Sequence record: MZ475893.1
Reading direction: 5' to 3' (one strand)
Length of the DNA: 64,000 nt
Under the pieces are notes generated by a model, which saw only the letters and a program-made list of their open reading frames with translations, was not told the DNA's origin and ran no database searches. Below, in pieces: positions 35,936 through 44,597 of this stretch. The position numbers were made by a program, and so were the translations under genes. How positions within the stretch are numbered: position 1 is the first letter of the stretch; every line of letters starts with the position of its first letter.

Positions 35936-36289
35936 ATGAAAGACTATGTTATGAAGCGCCTTGCGGAAGACAATATCGATCCTGAAAACAAGGATATGAT
36001 TATGAGCCGCATACGCGATATTATGGGCGGTGTGTTGCGTGCGCAGCCTACCTTGCCTCATATGTTCGGTGCACTGGAACACTCACGCGTACCGTCACTG
36101 TTTGATGCAATGGTTGTCTGCGATCACACGAACAACTCTGAGGAGGATATTGCAAACAACATCCTTAACGTTTCTATTCTCCCTCGCACTCCAGTACAAC
36201 AAATTTATTTCAACATCGATCCCGGGAGCAAAGAAGATGCGTCTTTTATTTCAAAGACTGTTAAAGTTTCTAAGTCTGAGCAGCAATAA
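35936..36289 (+). CDS. stand-alone tail-sheath C-terminal-domain-like protein
   Basis: VVCDHTNNSEEDIANNILNVSILPRTPVQQIYFN resembles T4 gp18 VVCDTTNNTPSVIDRNEF...PARSINYITLN. Confidence 0.55.
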   Translation: MKDYVMKRLAEDNIDPENKDMIMSRIRDIMGGVLRAQPTLPHMFGALEHSRVPSLFDAMVVCDHTNNSEEDIANNILNVSILPRTPVQQIYFNIDPGSKEDASFISKTVKVSKSEQQ

Positions 36290-36686
36290 ACCTAAGCAGG
36301 TTCATGATCGTGAGCTGCGCAAGTATCTGGAGCCTAAACGCGAGCCATTCAATCCTGCGAAGGGGCCTCGTATTCCGCCTGTAGTTGACCGTGATTTGGA
36401 ATATCGTCGTCGCGTTCTCGCTACAGGAGGTCATCCGCCTAAAGCTGACCCTTCTTTGCGGTCCAGCCCTCAGCGCCGTAGAGACGATATACTTCCGTCA
36501 CAAGTTGTGATGATGGATGTTAGTACAGGCTTCGGTCCTACTAAGAAGATCCCATCGCACAGCCAGCGTGATTCTGATTCTTACTGTTCACCACATCATA
36601 CGCACCACACGCCGAGTCATACCCCGTCTGATAACTATGATGGTGGCTCGAACGATGGTGGCGGTGGAGGAGGTTCTTGTGATTAA
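36237..36686 (+). CDS. hypothetical protein with H/S/G-rich low-complexity tail
   Basis: Ends HHTHHTPSHTPSDNYDGGSNDGGGGGGSCD. Confidence 0.6.
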   Translation: MRLLFQRLLKFLSLSSNKPKQVHDRELRKYLEPKREPFNPAKGPRIPPVVDRDLEYRRRVLATGGHPPKADPSLRSSPQRRRDDILPSQVVMMDVSTGFGPTKKIPSHSQRDSDSYCSPHHTHHTPSHTPSDNYDGGSNDGGGGGGSCD

Positions 36687-37017
36687 AGTGTTATTGAACG
36701 CGATCGGTCTTCGCCTGATTACTAAAGCGAATCGCCGTAAGATCGAACAACACCACTACATGATGCAGGCCTGTACGGATGTGTATGACTGGTGTAGCGC
36801 CGAGTTTCCTCAAGCTGCTGAGGCTGTTGAGCACGTTCGCACACGCGCACTAGGCTACGAAGGACGCTCTGGTCACAACAGCAAAATCATGACCCCGTAC
36901 GAAGCACATACGGGCATCAGCAACTGGCGCGAACTTATGCGCAGTAAGTATAAGGACTGGCCTCCCGTTGATTTCCCTCTTGAGTACAAGAAAGACAATG
37001 AGCAAGAACGGCGATAA
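36679..37017 (+). CDS. hypothetical protein
   Basis: GTG start with GGAGGAGG RBS. Confidence 0.6.
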   Translation: MIKVLLNAIGLRLITKANRRKIEQHHYMMQACTDVYDWCSAEFPQAAEAVEHVRTRALGYEGRSGHNSKIMTPYEAHTGISNWRELMRSKYKDWPPVDFPLEYKKDNEQERR

Positions 37018-37105
37018 AGAAAAGCTGCAAGAGTTCCGAGACGAACTTGAGCGCGACTGTGACGGTGAAGAGGAAGAGGACTTCGATTTCACCGATCATC
37101 AATAA
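36998..37105 (+). CDS. small acidic peptide (35 aa)
   Basis: MSKNGDKEKLQEFRDELERDCDGEEEEDFDFTDHQ. Confidence 0.45.
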   Translation: MSKNGDKEKLQEFRDELERDCDGEEEEDFDFTDHQ

Positions 37106-37133
37106 TCCGTTTCATCTATACCGAGAATAAAAT

Positions 37134-37355
37134 ATGACACACGAAACTCAAGGCATTATCTTACTGACCTGGCTGTTAATCGGCATCTTTGTTTCACTTG
37201 CGAAGACCTTCCGTCTGCTTGGCGAATCAGACCGCAGCTACAAGAATGCACCCTTCTGGCTGTTCATCTTCAACATGTTCTTCTGTCTGATTGTATGGCC
37301 GTTCCCTGTTGTGTTTTGTTCAGCACACCAGCGACTCCTCAATCGCTTCTGGTAA
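37134..37355 (+). CDS. small membrane protein
   Basis: Two TM segments. Confidence 0.6.
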   Translation: MTHETQGIILLTWLLIGIFVSLAKTFRLLGESDRSYKNAPFWLFIFNMFFCLIVWPFPVVFCSAHQRLLNRFW

Positions 37356-37364
37356 GGGACTACT

Positions 37365-37904
37365 GTGGAAAAGAACTTAGACAAGAAAATCATCGTGCTG
37401 GACATAGACCGTTTCGCACAACTGTTAGCGCTTGCATCAGTAGGTGATCAGGAGCTGTGTGGCCAAACGAATCTGGAAGAGATTGTACGCCATGTGCGTA
37501 AGTTCAATCCAGTGTTGAAAGCCGCACAGGACCAAGAACAAAAGGAAGAACGTGAACGCCGTAAAGCTGCGCATCGTGAGCGTGCAAAGGCCAATCGCAT
37601 TCTGACTAACAGAACGGTGCACAGTTGGCCTTATGAGTCTCGGGGCTGTGGTACGTTTGAGCAAGTACACAAGGAAGAGCCTCGTGTTTTCTATTACCTG
37701 TATGATCATGAAAAGCTGGCGTTCCCTGTTCATGTTCTCGGTCCGTCAAGCAATGCCATTGGCCTCCTCTGCGTCTCGTTCCTCACTAAAGATCATATAC
37801 ATCTCGCAGGCCAATACTTTATCCAGATTAATTGCCCTGCTAGAAGCATAGCAGAGAGACTAAAAGATATTCCTGAAGGCTACACGCTCATGGAGGTCGA
37901 ATGA
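37365..37904 (+). CDS. hypothetical protein
   Basis: 179 aa. Confidence 0.65.
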   Translation: MEKNLDKKIIVLDIDRFAQLLALASVGDQELCGQTNLEEIVRHVRKFNPVLKAAQDQEQKEERERRKAAHRERAKANRILTNRTVHSWPYESRGCGTFEQVHKEEPRVFYYLYDHEKLAFPVHVLGPSSNAIGLLCVSFLTKDHIHLAGQYFIQINCPARSIAERLKDIPEGYTLMEVE

Positions 37905-38146
37905 TCGGCAACATGATCGTCCTAATTTTGCTAGGCTCTTTCTTGTTTGCATTCTGTTCTTATATAGCCTACAAGTTGGAAAGTAGCCACAAAGAGAAAG
38001 CAGATCAAGGTATCTATGCATACCGCATAGTCTTCAATATGAAACGCTATCTGTTCGCGCGGCTGCTGTGGCGCATCTCTAGCGCAGTCTATTGCGTGCT
38101 CTTTGCGTTCGCGCTTTGCTATCTATATTTCACAGGACAACTATGA
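37901..38146 (+). CDS. small membrane protein
   Basis: Two TM segments, GGAGG RBS. Confidence 0.6.
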   Translation: MIGNMIVLILLGSFLFAFCSYIAYKLESSHKEKADQGIYAYRIVFNMKRYLFARLLWRISSAVYCVLFAFALCYLYFTGQL

Positions 38147-38541
38147 AAGCACTATCTATCAGGCAGCCGTGGGCGTGGCTTATCGTTCAAGGCCACAAGA
38201 AAGTTGAGAACCGTACGTGGGATACAAAGAAGCGCGGACGTTTCCTCATTCACGCGAGTTCTAAGCGTCCGTCCGATGCTGACATGGCTGCGGCTCAAGC
38301 TATCTGTGACAAGCTGAACGTAACGCTGCCACAAAAGTCTGAGTTTGTACTCGGTTCCATTATAGGCTATGCGACACTTATTGGCACAGTGACTGAATCG
38401 CGTGACCCGTTCTTCTTTGGTCCTGTGGGTCACTTGCTCAAAGACTGCCGAGCTGTCGAACCTGTGCAGTTTAAAGGAGCGCTCAGTTTCTTTAATACAC
38501 CGTTCTGTATTGTAGGCGGTAAGTTAGTTCGCTCACGATGA
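38143..38541 (+). CDS. ASCH domain protein
   Basis: MKALSIRQPWAWLIVQGHKKVENRTW, LIHAS, GSIIGYATL, PVQFKGALSFF. Confidence 0.88.
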   Translation: MKALSIRQPWAWLIVQGHKKVENRTWDTKKRGRFLIHASSKRPSDADMAAAQAICDKLNVTLPQKSEFVLGSIIGYATLIGTVTESRDPFFFGPVGHLLKDCRAVEPVQFKGALSFFNTPFCIVGGKLVRSR

Positions 38542-38765
38542 GTAGACCTATCTTGCTGCATGGTTCTGGTCACTGTGCGTTTGCTCGGCAGTCAGGCATT
38601 GACGGTAAACTCGTATACTTTGTCCGTGACCTGAAAATCAAAGGACACTCAGCTTTAATGGTAGGGTCTACAACGGTGGACAACGTTATTTTTCTCTACC
38701 AGTACGTTCCTAACGCAGATGACGCAGAAGTAATCATAGCTTATAAAAACAAGGGTGGCCATTAG
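38538..38765 (+). CDS. hypothetical protein
   Basis: 75 aa, coupled. Confidence 0.55.
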   Translation: MSRPILLHGSGHCAFARQSGIDGKLVYFVRDLKIKGHSALMVGSTTVDNVIFLYQYVPNADDAEVIIAYKNKGGH

Positions 38766-38776
38766 GCTGCCCTTTT
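38751..38776 (+). terminator. intrinsic terminator
   Basis: AAGGGTGGCC-ATTA-GGCTGCCCTTTT, same stem as 19063 and 35875. Confidence 0.8.
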
Positions 38777-38848
38777 CTGTTTAATTTGCCAGTGATGAGG
38801 GTCCTACACAAGTAGGAAATTTAACTAGCAACAGCTTAAGGAACTATC

Positions 38849-39853
38849 ATGCAACTAGCATTCCCCAGAAAGAGCGACGACCATGTAGGTCTAATGCGCC
38901 GTTCGTTGAGTCGTCTTTATTTTTTCGATGATGCCGCACCTAAAGAAAGCATGAAAGCAGGCCACCTTAATTGGCTACAGAACCTGCCTATGTGCAAAGC
39001 TATGGGTGTCGGCAGAACTGATAATGTTGTGAGCACTGGTCAGCTACAGGGTCAAGGTGATAATAACCGCTGGTATGTTGCTACTGGTGGCTATGTAGGT
39101 GCGGCTGATGCCTACAACTTTATCAATATGACGTATGCTTCCTTTGGTCAAACAGATGTTGTGTCTGATACGACAACGCCTGTAAGTAATCCTACCACAC
39201 AAGCAGAAGTCATAGGCTCTACGCTGCTTCCTTCAAACAGACTGATGACAGCCTGCCAATATTCAGGCACGATCTATGTAGGCAACAATAGTGGAGGCAC
39301 TGTAGGTCTAACTGTGTCTGAGATAACGCGCTGGCCTAGTGGCGGCGTACACTTCAATGACACATACACGCAAAAGTTGCGTTCGTACCGATTCTGGGTA
39401 GCGAACAACGCATTGACCTCAGTGTCTGGCGTTGATGGTACAGCCAGCTCCGTAGCTGCTAACGGTACGTATCAGGTATCTTCGTCCACCAGCGCTCCGT
39501 TCTTTGCGTTTGTGTCAGCGTACTACACTCTAGTGAGATTGTCGTATAACGCGAGTGGCGAAGCAAGCGGTGGTGGCGGCACGTTTGATTACAATGGCGT
39601 GTACTCGTCGTTCTCTCGCAACAGAACTGCGCAGCCTATCTATACGCCAAGAACTGCTACCAAAGCTGCTGTGAATATCACGTGGGCTGGAATATTTGTA
39701 AAGTACCAACAAGCTGAATCTTATTTGCTTCTGGACTCTGCTGATATACTCAACGTCAGTACCACAGAGCCAGGGCAATACGCCCAGATACAGATCGCAG
39801 ACATTGAACCGCTCTTAGCTCAATGGTCACCTGCTCGCCAAATCATGTTATAA
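38849..39853 (+). CDS. virion fibre-like protein, displaced paralogue of the 57.7-61.9 kb family
   Basis: N-terminal SRLYFFDD and C-terminal VNITWAGI...QIQIADI match that family; S/T/G/N/Y-rich. Confidence 0.6.
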   Translation: MQLAFPRKSDDHVGLMRRSLSRLYFFDDAAPKESMKAGHLNWLQNLPMCKAMGVGRTDNVVSTGQLQGQGDNNRWYVATGGYVGAADAYNFINMTYASFGQTDVVSDTTTPVSNPTTQAEVIGSTLLPSNRLMTACQYSGTIYVGNNSGGTVGLTVSEITRWPSGGVHFNDTYTQKLRSYRFWVANNALTSVSGVDGTASSVAANGTYQVSSSTSAPFFAFVSAYYTLVRLSYNASGEASGGGGTFDYNGVYSSFSRNRTAQPIYTPRTATKAAVNITWAGIFVKYQQAESYLLLDSADILNVSTTEPGQYAQIQIADIEPLLAQWSPARQIML

Positions 39854-39862
39854 GGAGTCGTC

Positions 39863-40282
39863 ATGTTACCTTTTGCCCCTCGGACGTTAGTGGTTAGTAT
39901 GCGCAATGGCAACAAAGAGTTTGATGTACGCATCGACCGCGAATCTATGTGGGGCAATAAGTTCTACATGAAGAACGAAAGCAAGGAAGAACGTGCGCGA
40001 GTTATCTATGAGTATGGCGTGTGGTTGTGGACTAAAATCTACAACGGAGACATTACACTAAGTCAGCTAGACGCACTCTATGGAAAGCGTCTGGGCTGCT
40101 GGTGCTCACCTAAGCCTTGTCATGGCGATGAGTTGAGAAAAGCCGTAGAATGGGCACACGCTACAATCTGTAAATGGGAACGTATATCACGCACATATGC
40201 AAGGAGAAAGAAACATGGGCACAGGCAGACCAAGAAAAGAAAAAGCGATGACAGCCGCCGAGCGTTCAAAAAAGCTGCGTAA
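39863..40282 (+). CDS. DUF4326 family protein
   Basis: VRIDRESMWGNKF...LYGKRLGCWCSPKPCHGDEL. Confidence 0.8.
   Translation: MLPFAPRTLVVSMRNGNKEFDVRIDRESMWGNKFYMKNESKEERARVIYEYGVWLWTKIYNGDITLSQLDALYGKRLGCWCSPKPCHGDELRKAVEWAHATICKWERISRTYARRKKHGHRQTKKRKSDDSRRAFKKAA
40168..40175 (+). promoter_or_regulatory. CTGTAAAT motif
   Basis: 39 nt before ATG 40215. Confidence 0.5.
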
Positions 40283-40496
40283 TCGTATGGCCCCTTTGGG
40301 CAAGCGAGTTGATATTTATATGGACGAGGAGACTCTTAAGGCGATTGACCGTGAAGTAGCTCAACGTCCTGCGCTGGTGGGCATTACGCCTGCTGTTGCA
40401 CGTAGCCAGTTGCTGCGTGAGATTCTTACAGGTCGTGAGTTCCTGGCTGACCTGACTGCATTCGAATACCACAGAGGTCAGACACGCGATGCGTAA
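40215..40496 (+). CDS. small RHH-like DNA-binding protein
   Basis: GRPRK...TAAERSKKLR...RVDIYMDEET; AAGGAG RBS. Confidence 0.55.
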   Translation: MGTGRPRKEKAMTAAERSKKLRNRMAPLGKRVDIYMDEETLKAIDREVAQRPALVGITPAVARSQLLREILTGREFLADLTAFEYHRGQTRDA

Positions 40497-41040
40497 CAAA
40501 GAAAAAGTAAGACGCCGTTTCCTTTCTGCGGGCCGTTCGTTGGACGCTATTAGTTCTCAGGTGTTCACAAGCCCGTACTCGGGATTAGCCTACGGCAGCT
40601 TTAGTCTAGCCGTGGGTTCGAGTTTTGTGCATATCCACGCGCTGGATGAGAGCACTGTGCCAGAGTCTGATGTTCTGTACCTGATGAAAGTCGATGCTGT
40701 CATTCGTCACCTCAAGGACTACATCGCGCTGTTGACTGATTGGGCTGATGGTCATGCGCGTATGTGGCTGAACCCTGAAGGCTCTGCTGCTACAGGCTGT
40801 GTCGCGTACCACCACGATGTATCGCACCCAGAGAAGCTCGCCTTCTTTGAGCTATCGTCTTGTAGTCAAACGTTCCGTTTGCAGATGATGACCTTCACGC
40901 ATAAGGAATACAAGAAGCACATCAACCTGCTGTCCAAAATTAAGGACCATCTTATTCGCCATCGCTTTGATATGGACGACTGGATGAAGGCTATTACTGC
41001 TGAGTCTGCACGACTCATGGATTCTGTAAATGAACAATAA
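40489..41040 (+). CDS. hypothetical protein
   Basis: 183 aa. Confidence 0.65.
   Translation: MRNKEKVRRRFLSAGRSLDAISSQVFTSPYSGLAYGSFSLAVGSSFVHIHALDESTVPESDVLYLMKVDAVIRHLKDYIALLTDWADGHARMWLNPEGSAATGCVAYHHDVSHPEKLAFFELSSCSQTFRLQMMTFTHKEYKKHINLLSKIKDHLIRHRFDMDDWMKAITAESARLMDSVNEQ
41024..41031 (+). promoter_or_regulatory. CTGTAAAT motif
   Basis: At gene 3' end, overlapping ATG 41030. Confidence 0.35.
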
Positions 41041-41149
41041 CAACGAGTGCTGCTGGTGTGCTTTCGGTATGGGTATAGTTCTCGGACTATTTATCGGCCT
41101 ATCGATTGCTGCCTTCGCTGTTAAATACGGCGTCTTCATAAAACTATAG
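41030..41149 (+). CDS. 39-aa single-TM peptide
   Basis: MNNNNECCWCAFGMGIVLGLFIGLSIAAFAVKYGVFIKL. Confidence 0.45.
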   Translation: MNNNNECCWCAFGMGIVLGLFIGLSIAAFAVKYGVFIKL

Positions 41150-41163
41150 GACAAAAGTACCTC

Positions 41164-41832
41164 ATGCTTACTAACATTGCTCGACTTGCTGCTACTAACG
41201 CACACGCAAAACAAACTCGTCGCTTCACCGGCGAACCGTACATCAACCATCCACAAGCTGTCGTTAACTTCTTACAGCGCTTCAACGTGGGTGAACAGAT
41301 TCTCGCTGCTGCCTGGTGCCACGATGTGTTGGAAGATTGTGGTATCTGTTACGAAGCTCTGGAACTTTGCATCGGCACTACTGCAACCGACATCGTGTTC
41401 GAAGTAACGAACAAAGAGTTCCCGGAAGGCACGCCACGCATTGAGAAATATTGGCATAACATCGAACGTCTGGTAATGGCTTCGCATCAGGCGCAGACGC
41501 TCAAGTGCGGTGACATTTACGATAACTGCAAAGATGTATATGAGCGTGACCAACACTACGGTGCTAAGTACATCGCAGAGAAGTATTTCCTGATTCGCAT
41601 GTTTGCGCGTGCTCAATCTGATGTACGTCAGACCGTTATGCAGATGCTGCATGATCGCTATCTGTCCATGACGCCGGATGATCGCATGTACTGCTTAGAG
41701 TATATGGCGCGTCTCGATAAAGAATGTCCAGCTGACCTGCGTTCTTTGTTTGACCAGGCCCGCAAAGAAGCTGGTGTTGAAAGCCTCTGCTGTGGAGAAC
41801 ATGATGGAGCTACCTGCATTCAAAACGCGTAA
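41164..41832 (+). CDS. HD-domain hydrolase, SpoT/Mesh1 (p)ppGpp-hydrolase-like
   Basis: AH..Q.R..TGEPYINHP, AAWCHDVLED, EVT, KCGDIYDN. Confidence 0.85.
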   Translation: MLTNIARLAATNAHAKQTRRFTGEPYINHPQAVVNFLQRFNVGEQILAAAWCHDVLEDCGICYEALELCIGTTATDIVFEVTNKEFPEGTPRIEKYWHNIERLVMASHQAQTLKCGDIYDNCKDVYERDQHYGAKYIAEKYFLIRMFARAQSDVRQTVMQMLHDRYLSMTPDDRMYCLEYMARLDKECPADLRSLFDQARKEAGVESLCCGEHDGATCIQNA

Positions 41833-42178
41833 CGCTCTGGTTGAAAGCCTCACCATTCGTGATAAGCAAGCGTCTGCCTTAGTACGCGTGTACGAAACGA
41901 GCTGGTGGGGTTTCTGCAAACGTGACCTGTGCGTTGCTATCAACTGCCGTAAGATAACGCGCAAGGAACTCAAGTGGTCTAGCTATGTGCGGTGGTCTGA
42001 GGGTTATCAGATTCTGCCTGTATGCGAAGACAGCGAAGTCCTTCAGGTAGCAAACAGTGCGCTGAAAGATATGCGTCATCTTGGTTACACCAAGTACGAG
42101 CAGCTTCTGGCGTATCGTCTCCAAATTCACATGAGAAAGCACAATGCCAAAGAAAATTCTCACGCTCATTCACACTGA
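41801..42178 (+). CDS. hypothetical protein
   Basis: GGAG RBS, ATG 41801. Confidence 0.6.
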   Translation: MMELPAFKTRNALVESLTIRDKQASALVRVYETSWWGFCKRDLCVAINCRKITRKELKWSSYVRWSEGYQILPVCEDSEVLQVANSALKDMRHLGYTKYEQLLAYRLQIHMRKHNAKENSHAHSH

Positions 42179-42533
42179 TGTGGAAGACCAGAAGGCTTAT
42201 CTGGAAGACCGCTTTCATCGTAGCATTATGTTCATGCACACGACGACGAACCGCGACCCGTACAAACGTGAATCCAATCCGTGTACGTTCTGCATCTATA
42301 AAGTAGAAGGCGCAAATGTGTTTATCAATCTCCATGGCGATAATAAGATGCCAGAAGAGTTGGCGAGCACTCTCGGTCTGGTCAAAGTAAAAGAGTGGAC
42401 GTTGATCCGCCGTCAGTCAAACGTCTTCTTTGTAGGCCTTAGCTCCGAAGCTATCATTGCAGAGAACGTTGTGCCAATGGAAATTCGTGTTGAAGGAGCG
42501 CGTGATGCTGAACGATGCTGGTCCGGACATTGA
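42144..42533 (+). CDS. hypothetical protein
   Basis: 129 aa. Confidence 0.6.
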   Translation: MPKKILTLIHTDVEDQKAYLEDRFHRSIMFMHTTTNRDPYKRESNPCTFCIYKVEGANVFINLHGDNKMPEELASTLGLVKVKEWTLIRRQSNVFFVGLSSEAIIAENVVPMEIRVEGARDAERCWSGH

Positions 42534-43119
42534 GTTCGAAGCAATTGATATTGAGAAGTATTGGCAGGGTCGTATCTATCTCGAAGCTGGTCGTTTGCAA
42601 GACGCAGATACCAAGCTAGAGAATGTGGCGTACACCACAGATACGATTAAGCCCTACATCGAAGCCGCGACTAAGATCGTTACGTCGAAGCGTGAGCTGC
42701 ACGAGGAAGGCACTGACTTGCCTGTGGTGGAGTTGGGTGAAGGGCACACGATGAGTCCGTACTTTGTCATTGTGTTCTGTCTGATGTTCGAAGCAGAAGG
42801 CGTTATCAATGCGCAGACACGCAACGCCCTTAAGGGATTGTCTCAGGCTGAGCGTGATAAAAAGATACGCATTGAGATTGCGGGACATAGCAGCAAAATC
42901 GGTGTGAGTCTTCTCAAAGAGCTGGAAGCGTCTATCTCTGATCGCTTCCATGATCGTCGTCCTGACTTCGCGTTCGCGGAACTATCCGAGCCTCGTGAGA
43001 AGAAGCCTACGTTTCGTGCTAATGCTCATCTCAAGCAAGGTCGTGTTGGTAGACACAGCGGCAATCAGCGATTCAATGCTAAGCCGCAGCGTCAGAACTT
43101 TAAAGGCAGAGGTCGATAA
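42505..43119 (+). CDS. hypothetical protein
   Basis: AAGGAG RBS; basic tail. Confidence 0.7.
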   Translation: MLNDAGPDIEFEAIDIEKYWQGRIYLEAGRLQDADTKLENVAYTTDTIKPYIEAATKIVTSKRELHEEGTDLPVVELGEGHTMSPYFVIVFCLMFEAEGVINAQTRNALKGLSQAERDKKIRIEIAGHSSKIGVSLLKELEASISDRFHDRRPDFAFAELSEPREKKPTFRANAHLKQGRVGRHSGNQRFNAKPQRQNFKGRGR

Positions 43120-43469
43120 TGCCTACTCCTGATAATCTGATGTTCCGAGTGGTTGAATATAAAGGCGGTAAGCCTGCTCATATTCATTTGTTCAGCATCG
43201 TGCGTGAACATGGTGAGAATCCTTCTAAGGCTATGAATGCGATCAGAGGTTTTGAGAACATCATAGACCGACAGAGGCCCAACACCTATCGCGTAATGAA
43301 TCCGCAAGAGTGGAAAACTCAGGTACAGATCGAAACACGCTGGGCTGCACGTGGTGTAGCGCATGAGTTCACAGCTCTTCCTGTAATTGAGCACGAGAAC
43401 ATTTGGACGTTCTTTCCTACAATTGACTTCAATCCTATAGAAGCTATGTTTTGTGGGGCGGGCAAATGA
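43119..43469 (+). CDS. hypothetical protein (paralogue of 43466-43834)
   Basis: VEYKGGKP.HIH and EHENIWTFF. Confidence 0.65.
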   Translation: MPTPDNLMFRVVEYKGGKPAHIHLFSIVREHGENPSKAMNAIRGFENIIDRQRPNTYRVMNPQEWKTQVQIETRWAARGVAHEFTALPVIEHENIWTFFPTIDFNPIEAMFCGAGK

Positions 43470-43834
43470 GCAAAATTTTCTATGCTACGGAGTATATTGA
43501 TAATAAGCCTGTGGCAGTTCATCGCTTTCCTGCTGTTGAGCAAGGTCGAGCATTATCTGATTACCGTTCCTTGATCTCTTTGGGTGCGTTTGATAAGCGT
43601 CAGACCGAGCAGTGCCTAAAAGACTGCATGGTGCGTCGATTCTACGTGAAGAACAAACGCGACTATGAGGCAGACAGAGAGATCTTGCAGAAGTCCTCTG
43701 CTCGTCTCAATCTACCTGAGGCAGAACTAAGCACTGTCGAACACAAAGACGTGTGGGCATTCTATAAAGCTGTCGGTTATGACTACCGCACTAAAACTCT
43801 GGGAGTGAAAGCAGATGACAAGCAACCTGTCTGA
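43466..43834 (+). CDS. hypothetical protein (paralogue of 43119-43469)
   Basis: TEYIDNKP.AVH and EHKDVWAFY. Confidence 0.65.
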   Translation: MSKIFYATEYIDNKPVAVHRFPAVEQGRALSDYRSLISLGAFDKRQTEQCLKDCMVRRFYVKNKRDYEADREILQKSSARLNLPEAELSTVEHKDVWAFYKAVGYDYRTKTLGVKADDKQPV

Positions 43835-44552
43835 CATTAAGTTTGGTAGTCCGCTACCTGATATGTCACAGAAGCTGGGCGAAGAAATCATCAAGGGTCG
43901 TATCGCCATACCTAACACGTTGTGGGAATTGCATATTCAGTCCAATGTGCAGCTTCGTCCTATGACGGAGTTGGATATGGCGCTGACAAATACACTGAAC
44001 GGCTCATGGACTTACGTGCCCAAATACTTGGGTCCAGCGCGAGCAATGCGTCAGGCATACAGCTTAGGCCGAACTGTGACAAGCGATGAGCCTCGTGCAG
44101 GCTATGAATTGCTGTTGAACCAAATGACCCGTCAGGCGGAGCAGCAATTCTTCTACAAGCCTCTGGGTGTGTTGCGCGATCATCTGCTCGTTGACGGTAA
44201 AATCCGTATGCCTAAGCGCTGGCATGTTGAGATTGGTCCGAAGTTTGCACTGACTGTTGCCTCCTCCTCGTTTGAGACGTTCCTCAATCTGGTAGATCAT
44301 CAGGAGATGCTGCGTACCATATACGATATGCTATCAACAGCGCTAGATAACAACGATCCCGCGAATGTCCCACACGTGGTATGTTCTGATAGTTCTCGCG
44401 GTCCTACGGAGGTGCATGTGCTGAACACGCAAGCAACTCCTCCAGCAGGGTCTGTCAATATGACCAATACTTTCAGATTCCTGCTGCATCCAATCGGTCA
44501 TGATCTGACGCAAGACAGACTTCAGGACTATTTGGAATCTGTAAATAACTGA
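43815..44552 (+). CDS. hypothetical protein
   Basis: 245 aa. Confidence 0.7.
   Translation: MTSNLSDIKFGSPLPDMSQKLGEEIIKGRIAIPNTLWELHIQSNVQLRPMTELDMALTNTLNGSWTYVPKYLGPARAMRQAYSLGRTVTSDEPRAGYELLLNQMTRQAEQQFFYKPLGVLRDHLLVDGKIRMPKRWHVEIGPKFALTVASSSFETFLNLVDHQEMLRTIYDMLSTALDNNDPANVPHVVCSDSSRGPTEVHVLNTQATPPAGSVNMTNTFRFLLHPIGHDLTQDRLQDYLESVNN
44539..44546 (+). promoter_or_regulatory. CTGTAAAT motif
   Basis: 51 nt before ATG 44598. Confidence 0.5.
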
Positions 44553-44597
44553 TGTAAGCAAGCGCCACTCTTTTAATCTAATGTTAAGGAATAAGTA

